From: Euryarchaeota archaeon UBA86
Lineage (GTDB): Archaea; Thermoplasmatota; Poseidoniia; Poseidoniales; Thalassarchaeaceae
NCBI GenBank assembly: GCA_002503055.1
Contig: DAQX01000029.1
Coordinates: forward strand, 2,674 to 66,673
Length of the DNA: 64,000 nt
Reading direction: 5' to 3'
Shown here: one piece after another, positions 58,301 to 64,000 of the stretch
Layout: each line of letters starts with the position of its first letter
Numbering within the stretch: position 1 is the first letter of the stretch
Notes under the pieces: model-generated
The model's database searches: none
Seen by the model: only the letters and a program-made list of their open reading frames with translations
Told to the model about the DNA's origin: nothing
Made by a program: the position numbers and the translations under genes

Positions 58301-58630
58301 CTCTATCTCGTGAGGGAGTATTGTTCCACCACCGCCTCCGAATAGGAAAACATGGCCGAAACCAGAATCATCGAGAATTTCTCTCGTATGGGTGAACATC
58401 TCTACTGCTCCTCCTTGATACGAAGTGATCGCGACAGCGTGAGCGTCTTCCTGAATTGCCGCTCTCGCGACTTCATCCGCACCGCGGTCATGGCCTAGGT
58501 GAATTACCTCGCAGCCCTGACTCTGCAATATTCTACGGAAGATGCCAATTGCCACATCATGGCCATCAAAGATGGCCGCTGCGGTAACAACGCGAAGAGG
58601 CACACTGCTCTCCGACCGCTCACTACCCAT
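55367..58630 (-). CDS. icmF: Fused isobutyryl-CoA mutase-type enzyme (B12-binding domain + MeaB-like G-protein + mutase barrel)
   Basis: The N-terminus is VVTAAAIFDGHDVAIGIFRRILQSQGCEVIHLGH. The middle carries a P-loop (GLTGTGGAGKSS) and NKFD. The C-terminal ~550 aa is a mutase substrate domain. ATG at 58630; the ORF track starts at TTG 58657. Confidence 0.85.
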   Translation of the reverse strand: MGSERSESSVPLRVVTAAAIFDGHDVAIGIFRRILQSQGCEVIHLGHDRGADEVARAAIQEDAHAVAITSYQGGAVEMFTHTREILDDSGFGHVFLFGGGGGTILPHEIEHLDEKNIARIYSPDDGRNLGLVGMVQDAMERASNADLLDSSRFDSLANPVTADDHGSVSKILTLAENGDEDSFSAVLQRVRSRPEEEVCPIVGLTGTGGAGKSSLTDEIMLRIQRDNPGMKIALLATDPTRKRTGGALLGDRIRMNSLSDENLFMRSFASRESGREIADCVDRAVQVCQAVGFDLVFVETSGIGQGDDAITEVADVSMYVTTREYGAPSQLEKLEMLDAADLIVLNKFDRRGSEEALSEIRKQFKRNRELWDADDSTLPVIPTIASQFADAGVDMLWERLSGILSEKLGADFYAAPARIGKDGLPHRSNPIPSERQGYLAEVASSVRSYHQRTDETVRRVRLVQQLEASAEQMRSSGKDTAADDLAEEAVGVRAEVAEEAWQALEDFEARAAAYRSGEASYTVRGKEIPVETTRTTLSGLDLPRVALPDTEDWGDRLEWIRRENAPGLFPYTGGVFPFKRADELPVRMFAGEGSAERTNKRYHFLSRDQPFNRLSVAFDSPSLYGHDPVERLDIFGKVCESGVSISTVDEMEKLFEGFDLCAPNTSVSKTINGNYWWHLAAFFTVAIRQQVAKFVEENGRDPTEDEYAEIKTRTLSTVRGTVQADQLKEAMGQNTLVFNLDTALRMMGDVAEFYVDNDVRNHYFVSISGYHIDEAGANPISQAALTLSNGLTYVELFKARGLNADKFLRNFSWFFSNGMDPEYGVIGRVSRRIWAIAMRDLYGVGDRGQKLKYHIQGSGRSLHSQEFTWNDYRTTLQALYALADNANSLHTNSRDEAFGTPTEDTVRDAVAIQLILSKEYGWLQNENPLQGSFFAEWLTDNVEERVLRIFEEMHARGGVLGSLEVNYQRNRIQDESMVYEQRKHSGELPIVGVNTYIDEGSAVMSSDDFDVDVTRSDESERHMVIGRNKEFKEAHSAEAEAGLARLKQVAREGGNLFEVMMDIVDYCTVGQVTQALFETGGKFRRNM

Positions 58631-58772
58631 GCTAATTGGGACAATGGGGGCACCCAAAAATGAGCCGCATGCAGTATAGAAGCCTCTCTCTACAGAAAAA
58701 TCAGTATGTAATACTCGAAATTAAGACATCGCAGGGTCATAGTTCAAGACCCTATACTCATGTTCAGGTACG

Positions 58773-59219
58773 ATGCGATTGAACTGTCCCAGAGATGGCT
58801 CGATTCTGATTCTTCCAAGAGAATCGGACCGCTCGACATTTAGTCGCCACGGCATCCATCACTGCGATGAGTGCTCAGGCATGCTACTCAATGCTGATGC
58901 TGCATCATCAACGATTTCGGAACAAAAACTCAACAAGATGCACGACGCCTTTGAAACCGAGGGCGACGAGATTAACCTCGACTGCCCATTTTGCGATTCA
59001 CACATGAGAGTCAGGAAAATTGTATTCTCAAGAATCGATGGAACAGAGATGGATCCAATCGAAATTGATGGCTGCCCATCCTGCTCGTCTTTCTGGTTCG
59101 ATGCAGGTGAGTTGCAGAAAATTTCGCCGCCAATTGTTGAGTATGATGCCAACAGAGAGGCGAAAGCCCTCTCGATTGTCATGGAGATGCTAATGCATCT
59201 TCCATTCGTAATTCTTTGA
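58773..59219 (+). CDS. Double zinc-ribbon protein (zf-TFIIB-like, xWFDxGEL type)
   Basis: Two CPxxG/CxxC...CxxC units are present, the second ending in CPSCSSFWFDAGELQKI. Confidence 0.6.
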   Translation: MRLNCPRDGSILILPRESDRSTFSRHGIHHCDECSGMLLNADAASSTISEQKLNKMHDAFETEGDEINLDCPFCDSHMRVRKIVFSRIDGTEMDPIEIDGCPSCSSFWFDAGELQKISPPIVEYDANREAKALSIVMEMLMHLPFVIL

Positions 59220-59840
59220 TTACAGATAGCCACTGTACAGTAGGCCCGCGAATACAAACATCAGGACACCCATCGCAGCATCTATCCTGCGTGCCTGGGC
59301 GCGTAGTTTCGAGACCCCATCTCCACTACTCAGCACCGTTGCAACAGTAACATACCAAGTGCCATCAATTCCCATGCCAAGAAGTCCCATTCCGAACAGA
59401 GTTTCAGTACTGATATTCGACTCAATGAAAGGGGCGTAAAGAGCGAGCATCCATGCCAGTATCTTGGGGTTGAGAAGAGCGATGGCGAAGCCCTGGACGA
59501 ACCCCACCCGATCAGAAGGGCCGTGACCATCATCCGAAGACTCGTAAGGAGGGCCCATAGAGGACTTCAGGAAACTGTAGCCTAGCCAAATCAACAGAGC
59601 TATCCCTCCCCACTTCAGTATCAATTCAGTAGATTCGTGCAGACTGAGTGCAGTAGCTATTCCAGCGGCTGCTAGAAATGCATAGATTCCAAATCCGATT
59701 CCGTGCCCAATTCCAGTCATTACGCCTTGACGGCGCCCTCCAACCATCGTGTTACGTAGAACTACTGCAAGACTAGGTCCCGGACTCATCGCACCGAGCA
59801 TAAACACGGTGGCCAAAGCCACCCATGCCTCGGGCTCCAT
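59220..59840 (-). CDS. LysE/RhtB-family amino-acid exporter
   Basis: 206 aa with six hydrophobic helices and an N-terminal GPS/GPG motif region (SPGPSLAVV). Confidence 0.75.
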   Translation of the reverse strand: MEPEAWVALATVFMLGAMSPGPSLAVVLRNTMVGGRRQGVMTGIGHGIGFGIYAFLAAAGIATALSLHESTELILKWGGIALLIWLGYSFLKSSMGPPYESSDDGHGPSDRVGFVQGFAIALLNPKILAWMLALYAPFIESNISTETLFGMGLLGMGIDGTWYVTVATVLSSGDGVSKLRAQARRIDAAMGVLMFVFAGLLYSGYL

Positions 59841-59851
59841 CGAACCACCGA

Positions 59852-61660
59852 CTATGCGTCAGCGTACATTGCTTCGATCTCAGAAGCCCAGTTCTCACGA
59901 ATCTGCTTCCTACGAATCTTCAGAGTAGGGGTTAACTCGCCTTGGTCAACTCCTAAATCACGAGGCAGAACGGTGAACTTCTTGATTTGCTCAGGATTAC
60001 TGAACTTCTTGTTAAGCCCCGCAACCGCCTCCTGTAGTTGATTGTACGTATCACTACCAACAGCGGTGTACTCTGACAGGTCGTGACCCAGCTCTGCGAG
60101 CTTTGCCAACTGCTCTAAGGGGTCCTTGGGGACCTCAGTTGCTCCATCTAGGCCGTGAACATCTCTGAGGATAGCCCCCACATCGAGAGTGAATAAGGCG
60201 CTGCAGTACTTCCTGTTGTCGCCAACCAGCATGCACTGTGAAACAACTGGTATCGACTTCATGGTCTCCTCGATAACAAGAGGTGCGATGTTTTTCCCCG
60301 CGGAGCTGACATAAATCTCCTTTAATCGACCAGTAACATAGACAAATCCGTCCGAGTCAATCTTTCCGAGATCACCCGACTTGAGCCAACCATCTTCGGT
60401 CATAGTCTCTGCAGTTGCTTCAGGATTCCTGTAGTAGCCAGCCATTACATGCCTTCCTCTGAACTGAATCTCTCCGTTGCCACCATCGTCAGGATCGGCA
60501 ATTCTCAGCTCAGTGCCTGATAGTGGCTTTCCTACCGAACCTATCTTGTTTGCACCGGCATATCCGAGCGTGGCCCCAGCCGAGGTTTCTGTCATTCCAT
60601 AGCCCTCGTATATGGGAATCCCCAGATCGTGGAAAAGGTGCAGGATTTCAGGGTTAATTGGAGCCGCACCGGTAATCGCGAACTTCAGATTCGAGAAACC
60701 GATCTTCGCCTTTGCCTTCTTCCTGACAATGTTGCCAAGTATTGGCAGCTTCAGCCAACCAACCTTACTTCCAAGTCCCGCAACCAGATTGGAGTACACC
60801 TTCTCGTAGATTCGAGGAACTCCGATGAACAGATGCGGGTTGACTTCCTTGCAGTAGTCTATCGAGTGGAGTGGGTTGTCCACTACTCTCATGTGTATCG
60901 CGTCGCGAATCCAGATGTGGTTGTCAGCAAGCTGACCGAAGACGTGGGCGCATGGCAGCCAAGAAACATATCCTTCACCCTGATTGAAGGTGACCAGCTT
61001 GTGAACCTCTCCAATCTCGAAGTCCATATTGTCATGTGTCAGGACAACTCCCTTGGGGTTTCCAGTGGTGCCGGATGTGTAAATTAGCGAGGCGACATCA
61101 TCTGGCTTCACAGCGGCAATCCTGTCCATTACTGTGGCTTCAGGAGTCGAATCGGCTTTCGAAATGAAATCAACCCATGTCATTGCTGTATTATGATCAA
61201 TGGCGTCCATACCCATCATGGAAACCACAGCCTCAACTTTTCCGAGATTGCCCATTGCAGCCTCGAGGCGATGATTGCACATTTTGCTAGCGTCCCCTCC
61301 GTCCATTGGATTGGTTCCAACGAAGACAACCTTGGAGTCGGAGTTTCCTACTACCCATTCTACTTCTTCTGGAGAGCAAGTATGGTACACTCCTACCGCA
61401 GCACCTCCTGCCATGTTGGCAGCAGAATATGCCATGTACCACTCTAATCTGTTGTACGAGTAGATACTTAGCTTGTCTCCTGCCTCAAAACCGATGGAGA
61501 CTAGTGACCTTGCAACCTCCATGGTGGCCCTCTCGATTTCGGACCAAGTCATAGTGACCCAGTTCGCAGAATCGTCTTTCCATGAAAGAGCGGGTTCGTT
61601 GGCGTATTTCTCGGCGTTTGATAGTAGGTACTCCGGCGTAATCATTGCGGACATGCCCAT
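59852..61660 (-). CDS. Long-chain acyl-CoA synthetase (AMP-forming)
   Basis: AMP-binding motifs LIYTSGTTGNPKGV, YGMTE and GWLKSGDLG. ATG at 61660 or 61654. Confidence 0.85.
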   Translation of the reverse strand: MGMSAMITPEYLLSNAEKYANEPALSWKDDSANWVTMTWSEIERATMEVARSLVSIGFEAGDKLSIYSYNRLEWYMAYSAANMAGGAAVGVYHTCSPEEVEWVVGNSDSKVVFVGTNPMDGGDASKMCNHRLEAAMGNLGKVEAVVSMMGMDAIDHNTAMTWVDFISKADSTPEATVMDRIAAVKPDDVASLIYTSGTTGNPKGVVLTHDNMDFEIGEVHKLVTFNQGEGYVSWLPCAHVFGQLADNHIWIRDAIHMRVVDNPLHSIDYCKEVNPHLFIGVPRIYEKVYSNLVAGLGSKVGWLKLPILGNIVRKKAKAKIGFSNLKFAITGAAPINPEILHLFHDLGIPIYEGYGMTETSAGATLGYAGANKIGSVGKPLSGTELRIADPDDGGNGEIQFRGRHVMAGYYRNPEATAETMTEDGWLKSGDLGKIDSDGFVYVTGRLKEIYVSSAGKNIAPLVIEETMKSIPVVSQCMLVGDNRKYCSALFTLDVGAILRDVHGLDGATEVPKDPLEQLAKLAELGHDLSEYTAVGSDTYNQLQEAVAGLNKKFSNPEQIKKFTVLPRDLGVDQGELTPTLKIRRKQIRENWASEIEAMYADA

Positions 61661-61721
61661 GGACAAGTCATTTGCCAACTTAACTCTTTACTTGGCATTT
61701 GGGCACTTTGATTTCATTGAT

Positions 61722-62453
61722 TTAGGGTAGTACAGATGAAACATTCTCTCTCCAGTCTCTACCGCCATTCCGATTTGCAAGAGGAGATGCAGGAGAGGGG
61801 TGCCAGCAGCCAGCGACTTCGACAGATTGCTCTTCGAGTACATCCCGAGCTCTCGATTCAGCAAATTTCCCCACTCCAATCACACGCTCCGCACCCAGAA
61901 TGTCCACGACTTGTGAGAGATGTCTATCACAGCGCTCAAGCAATGCCTTAGCAGTACTACCACCAATCTTGTCTGGAGTGATATTGCTGGCACGAGGTCC
62001 TGAGAATAGCATTAGAGGGCAGTGGTTGACTAGGAATACTCTGGATGCAATTGAGTCTGCATCTCCATACTGCTCGTTCAGTAGCCCCCACAGGCGGGTA
62101 CCCGAAACCTCCTCCTTATGATAGTCCAGTCCAATCACAGGTCTCCTCTTGTCGGGCGTATTTGGTTGATTGACAGGGATGCCAGAAATGTCTAACAGAT
62201 CTCGAACTACGCTTGTGGCCGCGAATGGTATTCCCATCTGCCCCATTCCGTGAGGGCCCGGATTCATTCCAAGAACCACCGTTTTGGCACCTAATCCTCC
62301 CATTCTCCTGAGATACTCTTCGTGAACATCCCAAGCGTAGTTGAGCGGATTGTAGCAGACATCGATGCGACCTTCTTCAACCAGTTTTCTACCCAAAGGC
62401 TCTACATCGTCTCTCAGATTAGCCGCCGCCTCAATCAGTTCCTCGATGACCAT
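61722..62453 (-). CDS. Uracil-DNA glycosylase, family 3 (SMUG1-like)
   Basis: GMNPGPHGMGQMGIPF and WHPSPASP motifs resemble the SMUG1 signatures. Confidence 0.7.
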   Translation of the reverse strand: MVIEELIEAAANLRDDVEPLGRKLVEEGRIDVCYNPLNYAWDVHEEYLRRMGGLGAKTVVLGMNPGPHGMGQMGIPFAATSVVRDLLDISGIPVNQPNTPDKRRPVIGLDYHKEEVSGTRLWGLLNEQYGDADSIASRVFLVNHCPLMLFSGPRASNITPDKIGGSTAKALLERCDRHLSQVVDILGAERVIGVGKFAESRARDVLEEQSVEVAGCWHPSPASPLANRNGGRDWRENVSSVLP

Positions 62454-62457
62454 GGTA

Positions 62458-63048
62458 TCACTGCTTCACATCTGCCACGATGGCACCTGATAGCGAGACT
62501 AACTCGTCTGGAGTAATCGGGAATACAGTCTGAGCAGTACCTGCTGCACCCCATACTAATTCGTATTGCATCAGATCCTCGTCGAGGAACACAGTACATG
62601 TTTTGGTGTGGCCAAATGGAGGAACTCCTCCAGGAGCGTATCCGGTGTTTTCGATGATATATTCTGCATCGGTCATACTTGGTTTGTGACCTAGGAGTCG
62701 CTTGAGCTTACGCTTACGGTCGACATGATTGGCGCCAGATGTGATGACTACAACTGCACCATCTTGACCCGCGAAGACAATTGACTTCGCGATATGAGCG
62801 ACATCGCAGCCCAGTTGGTCAGCAGCATCCTGTGAGGTTCGTGTACCTTCTTCGTAGAGTTTGGCTCTAGGTAAATAATCCATCTCTGCACACTGAGAAA
62901 GCCACAACTCGTGACCGTCCATGTTCCTTCCTGCGGGCCTTTGGACTTCATGCTTCGGGATTGTTTGAAACCACACTCTCTCTCGCCTATGCATGAGTGA
63001 GTCAGTATCGAGACATTCGATTCGAACTTCTATTGGAGCAGCCATCAT
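62458..63048 (-). CDS. YbaK/ProX-type aminoacyl-tRNA editing domain protein
   Basis: YbaK-domain pattern: IAKSIVFAG...VVVITSGANHVDRKRKL...TGYAPGGVPPFGH. An alternative ATG at 62994 would remove the overlap with the divergent gene. Confidence 0.7.
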   Translation of the reverse strand: MMAAPIEVRIECLDTDSLMHRRERVWFQTIPKHEVQRPAGRNMDGHELWLSQCAEMDYLPRAKLYEEGTRTSQDAADQLGCDVAHIAKSIVFAGQDGAVVVITSGANHVDRKRKLKRLLGHKPSMTDAEYIIENTGYAPGGVPPFGHTKTCTVFLDEDLMQYELVWGAAGTAQTVFPITPDELVSLSGAIVADVKQ

Positions 63049-63751
63049 TATCCAATTGACAACTCTGGTTGCCTCCTATACAGCATGGGCATTAGATGGA
63101 TGCGACCCCTACATGCCGTTCATTTCCGATACCGACACCAATCCTGTGTCAAGCCCCTTTTTCACTCTGGGATTCACCCTCACAGGCCTATTACTAGCAG
63201 TAATTGCTTGGCAGATGTACAGCATCAGATTAGAGTGGATTGAAAATAACTCAATGGGGACTAGGCCTAGGATGCTCAACATCTTCTCAGCCATCTTCGG
63301 AATTATCTCCGGAATATTCCTCATCTGGATAGCATACACTCCATGGGATGAGAATCTGGTCCTTCATTTGCTACAGGCTAGAATCATCTTCGTTAGCTCA
63401 ATTGCATGGGCAATTCTCTCTACAATGCTGGCTAGCGAGATGCAGGTCCATGATATGCGATTTGAGCGTGTTTTCAAGCCAAGGAGATTCAGAACCGCTC
63501 TGACAGTGATTTGCTGCGTCCTGATGGCGTTGAATGTTTTACGATTCATTGGTTTCGGAGATGCTACATCGATGGAATTGAGCCATTTTGAGTCGTATAT
63601 TGAAACTGTGGAAATCTGCACCGATTTGACAATTCCTGAGATGTCGCTGGCTGCTCTCTTCGAATGGGGAATGGTTCTGGGATTAATCGCAGTTGTTCAT
63701 ACTGGGATTCTTGAAGCGGATCTGATTTGTTCCCACGAATCCGAAGAGTGA
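62993..63751 (+). CDS. Frag1/DRAM/Sfk1-family-like polytopic membrane protein
   Basis: TM1 is followed by DPYMPFISDTDTNPVSSPFFTLGF. This resembles the P(Y/F)ISDTG..P signature after TM1 in the DRAM/TMEM150/PGAP2 family. About six TM helices. Confidence 0.55.
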   Translation: MSESVSRHSIRTSIGAAIIIQLTTLVASYTAWALDGCDPYMPFISDTDTNPVSSPFFTLGFTLTGLLLAVIAWQMYSIRLEWIENNSMGTRPRMLNIFSAIFGIISGIFLIWIAYTPWDENLVLHLLQARIIFVSSIAWAILSTMLASEMQVHDMRFERVFKPRRFRTALTVICCVLMALNVLRFIGFGDATSMELSHFESYIETVEICTDLTIPEMSLAALFEWGMVLGLIAVVHTGILEADLICSHESEE

Positions 63752-63792
63752 GAATCTACGAGGCCTGCAACGTTCATCAGCAGAATACTTCG

Positions 63793-64000
63793 CGGACGGT
63801 CCATGGATTGGCCAATCGGACCTTATGGCACGATAATGGCGGTCATTTTACTCTCTACCATTCCGCTGCGCAATCTGTTGACAAGAGATGAGCCCGACAA
63901 GAGAGTCTCACTCTCTGAGCTGCCAGCAGAAATCCGAGCAAAGGGCTACTACTGGCATATCTCCCTGTATGTACTGATGTACATCTACAAATTCATGATT
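63793..64000 (+). CDS. Partial ORF (5' end only) of a membrane protein, runs off the window
   Basis: ATG 63793 opens a frame that stays open to 64000 (MDWPIGPYGTIMAVILLSTIPL...). It is not in the supplied ORF track because it is incomplete. Confidence 0.3.

Noticed and set aside
1-64000. CRISPR arrays, rRNA genes, IS elements and C/D box sRNAs.
   Set aside because: I found no regularly spaced direct repeats, no rRNA-like conserved blocks and no transposase-like ORFs. A visual scan of the intergenic spacers for RUGAUGA...CUGA box pairs found no convincing candidate, but short sRNAs could easily be missed by eye.

Overview
This 64-kb window looks like an archaeal chromosome segment, most plausibly from a marine Thermoplasmatota / Marine Group II-like organism. 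That placement is inferred from gene content and a strongly acidic proteome, not from any search. It is densely coding, with about 66 CDS. Archaeal information-processing genes are present: Orc1/Cdc6, PCNA, TFS, Nop5, fibrillarin, Bud32 and an archaeal-type PPAT/DPCK. They are mixed with many bacterial-like metabolic genes: DnaK, PepA, an M14 carboxypeptidase, agmatinase, ALDH, beta-oxidation enzymes, NadA, MoaC/MoaE, GlpX with a class I aldolase, AccC, a fused IcmF mutase, Fpg and a SMUG-like UDG. There are two tRNA-Gly genes (GCC and TCC), both with encoded CCA. I saw no rRNA, CRISPR array, transposase or integrase. The main points for follow-up are: (1) at 30.6-34.0 kb, two tandem paralogous small basic wHTH-like proteins face an 869-aa wHTH-headed protein of unknown function, across an AT-rich spacer with a mini-ORB-like TTTCCA-T-TGGAAA palindrome and a TTCCA/TGGAA array; (2) directly downstream, a ~300-nt GC-rich ORF-poor stretch with several 8-9 bp complementary segments is a candidate structured RNA of unresolved class; (3) a ~400-bp AT-rich non-coding region next to orc1/cdc6 is a candidate replication origin; (4) a co-directional six-gene cluster is built around a BoxB-like diiron acyl-CoA oxygenase; (5) several proteins have unusual architecture: a PPAT-DPCK fusion, a cysteine-free Mrp/NBP35, a divergent two-repeat TBP-like protein, a Frag1/DRAM-like membrane protein, and an HSP20-like gene coupled to dnaK with no grpE/dnaJ. 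All functional calls rest on motif recognition by eye and need HMM or structure confirmation.
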